From an uncultured Pseudomonadota bacterium (GTDB lineage Bacteria; Pseudomonadota; Alphaproteobacteria; Acetobacterales; Acetobacteraceae), in NCBI GenBank assembly GCA_963708095.1, contig OY970182.1:2355345-2419344 (forward strand): a stretch of DNA of 64,000 nt. Reading direction: 5' to 3'. The notes beneath the pieces were generated by a model that was not told where the DNA came from, ran no database searches, and saw nothing but the letters and a program-made list of their open reading frames with translations. Positions 29,292 through 38,900 of this stretch are shown in pieces. Position 1 is the first letter of the stretch, and each line of letters starts with the position of its first letter. A program made the position numbers and the translations under genes.

Positions 29292-30144
29292 TCACGCTGA
29301 AGCCACAGGCTGCGTGCCGCCCGATGCAAAGCGCGCGGCACCCTCCGGGGTGAGCTGGACCCTCAGCCGTGCCAACAGAGCGTGGGCACCGAAGCGGCGC
29401 AGGTCGGCGTTGAAGTCGTTCGTCACCGGCCAGAGCATGCGCGCCTCGATCCCGGCCGCTTTGGCCCGGTCGCGCAGACGCTTCGCCGCATGACGCCCGG
29501 CCGCGTCGTTGTCGCGCGCGATGTAGAGGCGGCGCAGCGCCGGCGGCAGGATCAGGGCGGTGAGGTGGTTCGCCGAGAGCGCCGCCGCCATCGGCATGTC
29601 GGGCAAGACGCATCGCAGCGACAGCATTGTCTCGATGCCTTCGCCCGCGATCATGACGTCGGACGCCGTGCCGAAGCGGACGGCGTTGCCGAGGAGATTG
29701 CCCAGCGCCCGGCGTGGTGTGGCGATCGGCGCCTTGCCGGCGCCGTCCCGGTCGAGCCAGGTTCGATGCACGCCGGTGATCGCGCCGGCGGCGTCGGTGA
29801 CCGCGGTGATCAGCGCCGGCCAGGACTCACGGGGGGCAGCGTCATGCGCCCGGTAGAAGCAGCCGGGGTGGAAGCGGAGTGCCGGTATGTCGTCCAGGCG
29901 TGCGGTGATGCCACGGTTGCGGAGATAGGTTTCGGCCAGGGTCCCGACGATCGGACGCGAAAGAGCGAACAGCCGCCGGGCCGAGTCCGACGATCCCGCT
30001 CGTGCCGGTGCGCGCGCCGGCTCCCGCTGCGGCAGTCCGAGGAAGGCCCGTGCCTCGCCCAGCGTATCGCCCAGGCGATCGAGACCACGGTTGAGCCGGA
30101 TCAGGTCGAGCAGATCGCCATGCTGACCGGTTGCGGCGTCGGTC
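29292..30144 (-). pseudogene. C-terminal fragment of the resident Toprim-domain gene, split by the RIT element
   Basis: The frame reads TDAATGQHGDLLDLIR...AGEGIETMLSL...LYIARDNDAAG (Toprim Glu and DxD). There is no start codon. It joins seamlessly with the fragment at 35733-35929. Confidence 0.8.
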
Positions 30145-30168
30145 TTATGTGCAGTTGAACATAAGACC
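30141..30168. repeat. 10-8-10 palindrome at the left junction (candidate recombinase core site)
   Basis: GGTCTTATGT-GCAGTTGA-ACATAAGACC. The architecture resembles lox/FRT-type core sites. Present only at the left end. Confidence 0.5.
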
Positions 30169-30770
30169 GATTATGTTGCGCGGCTGGTTATGTTGCGGTC
30201 CCGCGCTGGGCGGCGGTGTTGCGAGCGATCGGCGGCTTCTACGCAACATAACCTCAGCCCATCGGGGTGGGTCGCGTGATGCCCCGCGACGCTTCCGAAC
30301 TGGCGCGTCGGCTCGCCCGCGACGCCGAGGCGGTCTGCCGCCATTACCTCTCCAAGGGACGACGCCAGGGCCGCTACTGGACGGTGGGCGACGTGCGCAA
30401 CACGCCCGGCCGGTCGATGTTCGTGCGGCTGAGCGGGCCGGACTCCGGCCCCGGCGCCGCCGGGCGCTGGACCGATGCCGCCTCGGCCGAGCACGGCGAT
30501 CTGCTCGACGTCATCCGCGAGAGCTGCGGGCTCATGCAGTTCCGCGAGGTCGCCGACGAGGCGCGGCGCTTCCTCTCGCTGCCCCGCGCCGAACCGACGG
30601 CCGCGCCACTACCACCCGCCCCGCAGGGCTCGCCCGAAGCGGCGCGCAGGCTCTGGGCCATGGCCAAGCCGCTCGCCGGCACCTTGGCCGAGACTTACCT
30701 TCACGCCCGCGGGATCAACGATCTGAGGGGCTGTGAGACCCTCCGCTTCCACCCGCGCTGCTGGTATCGC
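30165..30770. repeat. Left terminal inverted repeat (606 bp)
   Basis: Exact reverse complement of 35133-35738 (position x pairs with 65903-x). Supported by identical translations in several frames and by direct comparison at both ends. Confidence 0.95.
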
Positions 30771-31322
30771 CCGGAGGAGCATGCGCCGACCGAGACCTGG
30801 CCGGCGATGATCGCCGCCGTGACTGACCTTTCCGGCGCCATCACCGGCGTGCATCGCACCTGGCTTGCCCGGGACGGCTCGGCCAAGGCGCCGATCGACA
30901 CGCCACGACGAGCCATGGGTGGTCTCCTCGGCCATGCCGTCCGGTTCGGAACGGCCGGCGACGTCCTCGCGGCCGGCGAAGGCATCGAGACGATGCTGTC
31001 GCTGTTGTGCGCGCTGCCCGCCATGCCCATGGCGGCGGCCCTGTCGGCCAGCCATCTCGCCGTTCTCGAGTTCCCGTCGGCGCTCCGTCGGCTCTACATC
31101 GCCCGCGACGGCGACACCGCGGGCGACATAGCCGCCGCGGCGCTCACCGAGCGAGCCGAAGCCGCTGGCGTCGAGGCGCTGGTCCTCTCCCCGCAACGGG
31201 ACGACTTCAACGAGGACCTGCGCGCGTTCGGCCTCAGCGCCGTTCGCGCATCGGTGCGCACCCAGCTCGCGCCGCACGATGCGGTCCGCTTCATGCGCCG
31301 GAGGATGGCCAGGACGGGGTGA
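30279..31322 (+). CDS. Toprim-domain (primase-like) protein, element copy A
   Basis: MPRDASELARRLARDAEAVCRHYLSKGRRQGRYW...AGEGIETMLSL...LYIARDGDTAG. The first 164 codons are identical to copy B. Confidence 0.8.
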   Translation: MPRDASELARRLARDAEAVCRHYLSKGRRQGRYWTVGDVRNTPGRSMFVRLSGPDSGPGAAGRWTDAASAEHGDLLDVIRESCGLMQFREVADEARRFLSLPRAEPTAAPLPPAPQGSPEAARRLWAMAKPLAGTLAETYLHARGINDLRGCETLRFHPRCWYRPEEHAPTETWPAMIAAVTDLSGAITGVHRTWLARDGSAKAPIDTPRRAMGGLLGHAVRFGTAGDVLAAGEGIETMLSLLCALPAMPMAAALSASHLAVLEFPSALRRLYIARDGDTAGDIAAAALTERAEAAGVEALVLSPQRDDFNEDLRAFGLSAVRASVRTQLAPHDAVRFMRRRMARTG

Positions 31323-31347
31323 CCGATGCCGGCACCCCGTCCCCAAC

Positions 31348-32343
31348 TCACAAGGCCTTCAGGAAGGCCATGAGATCCTTGTCCTCCTTCCATGAGCGAG
31401 CGGGCCGTGGCTGTCCCACTTCGCAGAGCGCAACAGCGTTGGCTTTCAGCGTGAGGTCGATCTCGGCATAAATATTGGTCGTGCTGATCGAGACGTGTCC
31501 GAGCCAAGCGCGGATGGTGTTGATGTCCACGCCGGCGAGGACCAAGTGGCAGGCCGTTGTGTGCCGGATCACGTGCGGGGTTATCGTTCGGCCGGCCAGT
31601 TCCGGGACTTGGGCCGCACAGCGCTCGATCAGGCGGTAGACCCCGAAGCGGGTAAACGGCGTCCCGAGCCGGCTGACGAACACGGAGTCTTCGCCCGCAC
31701 GACCGATGATCTCGTCCATCAGGACGCGCTCGGTTTCCGGCCACAGCGGACACTGGCGCGTCCTACCGCCCTTACCGTGCAAGTTGGCCAGATCGTGCCC
31801 GCCGTTCCGCGACCCGATTTGCAGATCGCGCACCCTCAGCTGGGTGGCTTCGGAGACTCTTGCGCCGGTGTTGTAGAGGAAGAGCAGAAGCGCGTACTCG
31901 CTCCGGCCGCGCCGGGTCTTGCGGTCGGGCGTCGCCAGCATCGCCTCCATCTCCGCCCGTGTCAGCCATCCGACTGGCGGCGGCATAGACCTCTTCGACG
32001 CGATGGCCCGGATGTGACCGCACCACTCGACAAGGGTCGGATCCCGGCTGCCGACGAAGCGCGCGAACGCCCGGATGGCGGCAAGCCGCTGATTGCGGGT
32101 CCGCGCGGAGCAACCTCGATCCGTCTCGAGATGAGCGAGGAACTGCAGCACGTGTCCGGACGTGAGGTCCGATACGGCCAGCCGGTCCACGGGCTTGCGC
32201 GCTTTCCGGCTGACGAAGGGCAGCAACAGGCTGAAGGTGTCGCGGTAGCTTTTGCGGGTGTTCCGGGCGAGATTGCGTTCAGTGACGATGTGCTCGGTGA
32301 GGAACCGGCGGAGCCAGGGGCCGAGGATTGAGAGGTCAGGCAT
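31348..32343 (-). CDS. ritC: Tyrosine recombinase, third gene of the trio (RitC-like)
   Basis: MPDLSILGPWLRRFLTEHIVTERNLARNTRKSYRDT...HVIRHTTACHL...LGHVSISTTNIYAE. The start overlaps the ritB stop by 8 nt. Confidence 0.85.
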   Translation of the reverse strand: MPDLSILGPWLRRFLTEHIVTERNLARNTRKSYRDTFSLLLPFVSRKARKPVDRLAVSDLTSGHVLQFLAHLETDRGCSARTRNQRLAAIRAFARFVGSRDPTLVEWCGHIRAIASKRSMPPPVGWLTRAEMEAMLATPDRKTRRGRSEYALLLFLYNTGARVSEATQLRVRDLQIGSRNGGHDLANLHGKGGRTRQCPLWPETERVLMDEIIGRAGEDSVFVSRLGTPFTRFGVYRLIERCAAQVPELAGRTITPHVIRHTTACHLVLAGVDINTIRAWLGHVSISTTNIYAEIDLTLKANAVALCEVGQPRPARSWKEDKDLMAFLKAL

Positions 32344-33286
32344 GCCGACCTCCCGCCGCATAGTGGGCGAACCGCAGCGACGCCTGTTCCAGCAGCTCCG
32401 GCGTCATCGACAGATAGACCTTCGTGCCCTCCAGATCGGCGTGACCGAGATAGGTGGAGAGCACCGGCAGCAGCCGTTGCACATCGGCGCCCTGCCGATA
32501 CCAGCTCGTCAGGCGATGGACAGCGAAGCTGTGACGAAGATCGTGCAGCCGCGGGATTGTCCGGCCGCCTGCCGCGCGGTGGACCCCGGCGACGCGCCGC
32601 AGCGCGTCGAACGCGGCCTGCACGGTGCTGCTCGCGAGCCGCGTTCCATCCTGGTTCGCCAAGAGCAACGCATTCTGGCCGTCCACAAGCCCGGCTTGCC
32701 GGTGCTGGGACACGTGGCTGTCCAGCACCGCGGCAAGCTGTGCCCCGACCGGGACCAGCCGGCTCTTGTAGAACTTCGTGGCCCGGATGGTCAGGACGGC
32801 GTTCGCCAGATCGACGTCGGCCAAGGTGAGGCGAGTCGCCTCCCCGAAGCGTAACCCCGCGCCGTACAGCACGAGAAGCAAGGTGCGGAACGTCGCCGCA
32901 TCCAGCTGAACCGCGCCGCGCCGGCTTGCCTCCAGGGTCGCGGGATCGAAGAGGCGCGCAAGCTCATCGCGCGAGTAGATGTAGGGCGGCGCCCGGACGG
33001 GCGATCTCGGCGCATCGTCCGGCATCGGCCAGTGAGTGGCGTGGCCGCGGCTGATCGCGTGACGCCAGAAGCCGGCAAGCGCGTAGTACTTGTTCTCGCG
33101 GTGACGCGTTGGCGGGCCCTCGCCCGCCAGGTAGGCGAGGAGCTGCCCCGTGGTGATCGCGTCGCAGGCGGCGTCGCCATCGGCGTGGTCGAGGAAGCGG
33201 CGCAGGAGATTCGCCGCGGTCGTGTACTTCGCGCCGTGAGCCCGTCGCCATAGGATATATCGCTCGATTGCCTCACGCAGGATCAT
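32336..33286 (-). CDS. ritB: Tyrosine recombinase, second gene of the trio (RitB-like)
   Basis: 316 aa from MILREAIERY. HDLRHSFAVHRL...LGHADLEGTKVYL. ATGA overlap with the ritA stop. Confidence 0.85.
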   Translation of the reverse strand: MILREAIERYILWRRAHGAKYTTAANLLRRFLDHADGDAACDAITTGQLLAYLAGEGPPTRHRENKYYALAGFWRHAISRGHATHWPMPDDAPRSPVRAPPYIYSRDELARLFDPATLEASRRGAVQLDAATFRTLLLVLYGAGLRFGEATRLTLADVDLANAVLTIRATKFYKSRLVPVGAQLAAVLDSHVSQHRQAGLVDGQNALLLANQDGTRLASSTVQAAFDALRRVAGVHRAAGGRTIPRLHDLRHSFAVHRLTSWYRQGADVQRLLPVLSTYLGHADLEGTKVYLSMTPELLEQASLRFAHYAAGGRHA

Positions 33287-34635
33287 ACAAGGCCCTCCAG
33301 GTCGAGAGCGGCCACCTCGCGAAGCGCGACGAGGTCGACCTTGGCGTAGATCGTGGTGGAGGACGGATCGCGATGGCCGAGGAAGTCCCCGATCACCTTC
33401 ATCGACGTGCCCTGATCCAGCAGATGCTGGGCCGCCGCATGCCGCAGGGCGTGGGCGCCGCGTCGGCCGGTGACGACGCCGATGCCCGCCAGCCGGTCGC
33501 GGACCATCTTGCCCAGGGCTTTTCGGTCGAGCGGCCGGATCGGCGCATGCATCGTGAAGAAGAGGCTGCGTCCGAAGCCGGACGGCCGCGCCTCCCTGAT
33601 GTAGCGCAGGATGGCATGGCCCACGCCCTGCGACAGCGGCCACAGATGGGTTCGGCCCGGTTTCGGGCAGCGGACCCGAAGCATGGCGTTCTCCCAGTCC
33701 AGATCGTCCAGCCGCAGGCCGCCGACCTCTCCGGTCCGAAGCCCGTACCCGATGAACAGCATCAGGATAGCCCGGTCGCGCCTGTCGACCGGGCGATCAC
33801 CTCCAACCGACGCCAGCAGGCGCACGACATCCTCGCGCGGCAGCCCCTTCGGCACGGTCTCGTCGGCCATGAACCGGGGCGCCATGATCCCTGCTGCGAC
33901 GCCCGCTCGGCACCAGCCGCGCGTCTCGGCGAACAAGAAGAAGGCCCTCAGACGCTGCGCATAATCGTGTCTCGTACGGCGGCCCCAGGCGCCTCGCCCG
34001 AGCTCCGTCGCTACGGCATCGTCGATGTCGGTCATTCCTACGGCAATCAGCGGTGTGCCTCTTCCCGCCAGCCATAGGAAGAAGCGGTCGGCAGCCCGAC
34101 AATAGTCGTGCACGGTCGCCGCAGAGAGACCGCGTTCCTCGCGCATCCACCGCTCGAAGGCGCGGACCTCGGCGTCATGCGGATGGCGACGGTCGTCGGG
34201 TTCATCAAGCCAGCCCAGGAAGGCGAGCCATCGAACACCGTGGCTGACGAAGCGGTCGCGCGTCTTGGGCGACGCGGTCCGATCGCAGCGGCGTCCCCTC
34301 GGCTGCGACCACAGCACTGCAGCAGCCTCGATCTGCGACGGACTTACCCGCTCGCCATCTTCAAGGTCCAGAAGGCGCACCAGGCTCAGCTGATCGTTGG
34401 CGCACTTTCGCAGGGTCGATCGCCTCGCGCCGGTCGCCTTGAGATGAACGAGGTATCGTTCCCGCTGCTCCGCGAGCGGCGCTGCGCGATACCTCTTGGC
34501 GGTGTGGGGGAAGAAGATGTCGTCGAACACGTTGGCCTCCACGTTGTTGAAGGCTTGAGCTTCTCGACGGAGCGGGACGGCGGAAGCTATGTTGATCGCA
34601 CGCGAGGCCTTTCGTCCGGCGCGAGCTGGACGCAC
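33283..34635 (-). CDS. ritA: Tyrosine recombinase, first gene of the trio (RitA-like)
   Basis: HALRHAAAQHLL...LGHRDPSSTTIYAK. Start uncertain: the ATG at 34635 overlaps the Toprim copy B 3' end, and a GTG near 34542 is an alternative. Confidence 0.8.
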   Translation of the reverse strand: MRPARAGRKASRAINIASAVPLRREAQAFNNVEANVFDDIFFPHTAKRYRAAPLAEQRERYLVHLKATGARRSTLRKCANDQLSLVRLLDLEDGERVSPSQIEAAAVLWSQPRGRRCDRTASPKTRDRFVSHGVRWLAFLGWLDEPDDRRHPHDAEVRAFERWMREERGLSAATVHDYCRAADRFFLWLAGRGTPLIAVGMTDIDDAVATELGRGAWGRRTRHDYAQRLRAFFLFAETRGWCRAGVAAGIMAPRFMADETVPKGLPREDVVRLLASVGGDRPVDRRDRAILMLFIGYGLRTGEVGGLRLDDLDWENAMLRVRCPKPGRTHLWPLSQGVGHAILRYIREARPSGFGRSLFFTMHAPIRPLDRKALGKMVRDRLAGIGVVTGRRGAHALRHAAAQHLLDQGTSMKVIGDFLGHRDPSSTTIYAKVDLVALREVAALDLEGLV

Positions 34636-35624
34636 AGTCCGTTCCTCAGCACCTCGGCGCCGAGCTGGCGCAGGTCTTCGTTGAAGTCGTTCAGCGCTGG
34701 CACGAGCGTCAGCGCCTCGACACCAGCGGCACGCGCGCGGTCGGCCAGGGTCTCCACCGCACGGTGTCCTGCGGGATCATCGTCCCGCGCGAGGTAGAGC
34801 CGTCGTAATCCGGCGGGCAGTTCGAGCGCGGCGAGGTGGTTGGCCGAGAGCGCGGCCGCCGCCGGCATCGAGGGCATGACCTGCCGAAGCGAGAGGATCG
34901 TTTCCAGCCCTTCTCCTGCGATCAAGACGTCGACCGCGCGGCCGAACCGGACGGCGTTGCCAAGCAGCAGGCCCATGGCGCGGCGGGGCGTCGAGACCGG
35001 TGCTTTGCAGGCGGACCCTGGATCCAGCCAGGTGCGGTGCGCACCGGTCATCGCGCCATCGAGCGCCGTGACCGCCGCGATCAGCGCGGGCCAGGCATCC
35101 CGAGCCCGGTCACGGAGGTCGTCATCGTCGCCGCGATACCAGCAGCGCGGGTGGAAGCGGAGGGTCTCACAGCCCCTCAGATCGTTGATCCCGCGGGCGT
35201 GAAGGTAAGTCTCGGCCAAGGTGCCGGCGAGCGGCTTGGCCATGGCCCAGAGCCTGCGCGCCGCTTCGGGCGAGCCCTGCGGGGCGGGTGGTAGTGGCGC
35301 GGCCGTCGGTTCGGCGCGGGGCAGCGAGAGGAAGCGCCGCGCCTCGTCGGCGACCTCGCGGAACTGCATGAGCCCGCAGCTCTCGCGGATGACGTCGAGC
35401 AGATCGCCGTGCTCGGCCGAGGCGGCATCGGTCCAGCGCCCGGCGGCGCCGGGGCCGGAGTCCGGCCCGCTCAGCCGCACGAACATCGACCGGCCGGGCG
35501 TGTTGCGCACGTCGCCCACCGTCCAGTAGCGGCCCTGGCGTCGTCCCTTGGAGAGGTAATGGCGGCAGACCGCCTCGGCGTCGCGGGCGAGCCGACGCGC
35601 CAGTTCGGAAGCGTCGCGGGGCAT
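34587..35624 (-). CDS. Toprim-domain (primase-like) protein, element copy B
   Basis: The N-terminal 164 codons are identical to copy A. The C-terminus is diverged (AGEGLETILSL...LYLARDDDPAG). Confidence 0.8.
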   Translation of the reverse strand: MPRDASELARRLARDAEAVCRHYLSKGRRQGRYWTVGDVRNTPGRSMFVRLSGPDSGPGAAGRWTDAASAEHGDLLDVIRESCGLMQFREVADEARRFLSLPRAEPTAAPLPPAPQGSPEAARRLWAMAKPLAGTLAETYLHARGINDLRGCETLRFHPRCWYRGDDDDLRDRARDAWPALIAAVTALDGAMTGAHRTWLDPGSACKAPVSTPRRAMGLLLGNAVRFGRAVDVLIAGEGLETILSLRQVMPSMPAAAALSANHLAALELPAGLRRLYLARDDDPAGHRAVETLADRARAAGVEALTLVPALNDFNEDLRQLGAEVLRNGLCVQLAPDERPRVRST

Positions 35625-35738
35625 CACGCGACCCACCCCGATGGGCTGAGGTTATGTTGCGTAGAAGCCGCCGATCGCTCGCAACACCGCCGCCCAGCGC
35701 GGGACCGCAACATAACCAGCCGCGCAACATAATCGGTC
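35133..35738. repeat. Right terminal inverted repeat (606 bp)
   Basis: Mirror image of 30165-30770. Confidence 0.95.
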
Positions 35739-35929
35739 CATTTGCCGGCGGCACCCCGGCCGGAGTCCGGCCCGGTCAGCCGCACGAACAGGCTGCGGCC
35801 CGGCGTGTTCTGGACATCGCCGACCAGCCAGTAGCGGCCTTGGCGGCGGCCGTTGGAGAGGTAGTGGCGGCACACCGCCTCGGCCTTGCGCGCGAGGCGG
35901 TGTGCCAGTTCGGCGGCGGACCCGGACAT
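35733..35929 (-). pseudogene. N-terminal fragment of the resident Toprim-domain gene
   Basis: MSGSAAELAHRLARKAEAVCRHYLSNGRRQGRYWLVGDVQNTPGRSLFVRLTGPDSGRGAAGKWTD, then the frame runs into element sequence. Confidence 0.8.
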
Positions 35930-35944
35930 GGAGCAACTCCACCG

Positions 35945-38900
35945 TCAGGCCGCGACACGATCGACGACTCGAAGGAGCGGCGATCGCTCGAACAGCGCCG
36001 AGAGGATCGCGGGTCCGCGTTCAGTGACCGGGACGAACAGCCGCAGCCGCCAGGCGATGATCTCGCTCGTGAGCCCCATCGCCTTGAGCTGATCGACGGC
36101 CCCCTCGGTGAAGCCGGCGAGTTCGACGCGGGCGGCACCCATTACCGTCGCGCGGCGGATGGTGAGCCCGCCGGCGAGATGCAGGACGGCGGCATCGGTG
36201 CGTACGGCGGACCACGCTTCGTCCGGCGACAGGGTCGGCGCGTCATCCAGCCCGAGCGCCCGGCAGACCTCGCCCATGGCGGCGGGCGAGATCAGGCGGC
36301 CAATGACCCGCTCACCATCGTCGGTCTGCATGCGATATACGCGCAGCGATTCGTCGGGCAGCCGGTTCCAGATCGGCAGGAGCAGGCCGGTGACGATGTG
36401 GAACGCGCTCTCGGTGAATTCCGGCACCTGGGCCACTTCGGCGGTCCAGGTCGCAGCGAACCTTTCGGCGTCCGCCTCCGTCCAATGGGTGTGATCCAGC
36501 GCGTCGAGGGCGAGCGTCTCGCGGGCCATCGGCCGGACGAGACGCACCCGGCGCTGCACCTCGCCGTCATCGAGGGTCAGGCTCGGCGCCGGCATCTGCA
36601 CCGCGGCACGGCCGGACTGGGCGTTGACCAGCAGCCGCGCTCGCGGGTCCCGCGCCAGGGCAAGCGCGTCGCCGGCGGGAAGCGGCCGGTTGCGGTCCCG
36701 CCGCAGCACCTTGAACAGCCGCGTTTCGGCGCCGCTCGCCGCGTGAGTATGGATGGTGCGCCGCTCGGTGATGCGCAGACTGTCCGCCGTCAGCGTCTCG
36801 ACGCCGACATCGTAGCTGCCGGCGGCGATCGCGTTCTCGATGCGGCTGGTAAGCAGCTCCTCGAACACCGCGAACAGGCCGTTCTGCAGGGCGATCGGCA
36901 GCGCCAGCAGCCGGTTGAGGAAGGTGGTGATCGGCGGCAGGTCCTCGCGTAGCGACCCGTCGCGGTCGGAGAGATCAAGCCCGGTCGTCTCCTCGAAACG
37001 CTGCAACGAGCAGCACTCCACCTTGCCGGCGAAGATCAGGCCGTAGAACTGCCGAAGTGCCGCGCGGGCATAGTGGCTTTCCAGATTGTCGTCGGCCCGG
37101 AACAGGCCTTGACCCCCGGTCTGGCGCTGGCCGCGCGTGATGGCGCCGAGGCTGTCGAGCCGGCGGGCGATGGTGGAGAGGAAACGTTTCTCGCCGCGCA
37201 CGTCGGTCGCCACCGGGCGGAACAGCGGCGGCTGGCGCTGATTGGTGCGGTTCGAGCGACCCAGCCCTTGGATGGCGGTGTCCGCCTTCCAGCCGGGCTC
37301 CAGCAGGTAGTGCACCCGCCGGCGCTGGTTCCGCGCGGCCAGATCGGCGTGATAGCTGCGTCCGGTGCCGCCGGCGTCGGAGAAGACCAGAATGCGCTTC
37401 TCATCGTCCATGAAGGCCTGGGTCTCGGCGAGATTGGCCGAGCCGGGCCTTGTCTCGACGGCGAGCCGCTCGGTGCCATCGGCGGCGACCTTGCGCACCA
37501 CGCGCCGCGACCGCCCGGTGACCTCGGCGACCTGATCGGTGCCGAAGCGCTGCACGATGTGATCCAGTGCGCCCTGCACCGCCGGAAGGGCGGCGAGGTG
37601 TTCCATCATCCGATCGCGCCGCTCCACCGCCTCGCGCGACTGCAACGGCTGGCCGTCGCGGAAAACCGGGCGGGAGAGCAAATTGCCCTCGCTGTCGGTG
37701 AACACCTCGAACAGCTGCGTCGGGAAACCGTGCGCCAGGTAGTCGAGGACGTATTCGCGCGGGGTGATGTCCACCTGCACGTCGCCCCACTCACCGGCGG
37801 GGATGTCGGCCAGCCGCCGGTCCAGCAGTGCTTCGCCGGTGGAGACCAGTTGGACGATGCAGGCGGCGCCTGCGGCGATGTCGCGCTCGATGGCGCCGAT
37901 CAGCGTCGGCACCTTCATCGCGGTGATGAGGTGGTTGAAGAAGCGCTGCTTGTTCGATTCGAACGCCGATCGTGCCGCCGCTTTCGCCTGGCGGTTCAGC
38001 GTGCCGGACGGGCCGGTGACGTTGGCGGCTTCCAGGGCCTCGGTCAGGTTGGCGTGGATCACCTGGAACGCCTCGGCATAGGCATCGTAGATGCGCACCT
38101 GCTCGGGGGTGAGCGCGTGCTCGACGATCTCGACCTCGATTCCCTCGTACGATAGCGACCGCGCGGCGTAGAGACCGAGCGCCTTTAGATCCCGCGCCAG
38201 CACCTCCATCGCGGCGATGCCGCCGGCCTCCATCGCAGCGACGAATTCCTGTCGCGTCGCGAACGGGAAATCCGCCCCGCCCCAGAGGCCCAGCCTTTGC
38301 GCATAGGCGAGGTTCTGCACCGAGGTCGCACCGGTCGCGGAGACATAGAGCACCCGTGCGTCGGGCAGCGCATGTTGCAGGCGCAGCCCGGCGCGGCCCT
38401 GCTGGGACGGCCCGCGCTCGCCGCGTTCGGAGGTGTCGCCGGCGGCGTTGGCCATGGCGTGCGCCTCGTCGAACACGACCACCCCGTCGAAATCCCGTCC
38501 CAGCCAGTCGATGATCTGATCGAGCCGCGACGCCTTGCCCTCCCGTTCCGCGGAGCGCAGCGTGGCGTAGGTGGTGAACAGGATGCCCTGGTCGAGGCGG
38601 ATCCGCGTGCCCTGGCGGAAGCGCGCGAGCGGAGTGATCAGCAGCCGCTCCTGGCCGAGTGCGGACCAGTCGCGCTGGGCGTCCTCGATCAGCTTGTCGG
38701 ACTTCGAGACCCAGAGCGCGCGGCGGCGGCCCTTCAGCCAGTTGTCGAGAATGACGCCGGCAACCTGCCGCCCCTTGCCCGCGCCGGTGCCATCGCCGAG
38801 GAACCAGCCGCGGCGGAAGCGCACCGCGCCCTCGGCGTCGTCGGGGGCGGCGGAGACCTCGTCGTAGGTCGCATCCACCAGCCAGGCGCCGGCGAGATGC

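Larger units (their letters stand above)
30139..35738 (-). mobile_element. Recombinase-in-trio (RIT) element with long terminal inverted repeats and two Toprim gene copies
   Basis: Three tandem overlapping tyrosine recombinase genes lie between 606-bp perfect inverted repeats. TCGGTC occurs at both junctions (30139-30144, 35733-35738). The flanks reconstitute one intact ORF. Confidence 0.8.

Noticed and set aside
30141-30168. Interpreting the 10-8-10 palindrome as a transcription terminator.
   Set aside because: There is no U-tract on either strand, and it sits exactly at the mobile-element junction. A recombination site is a better explanation.
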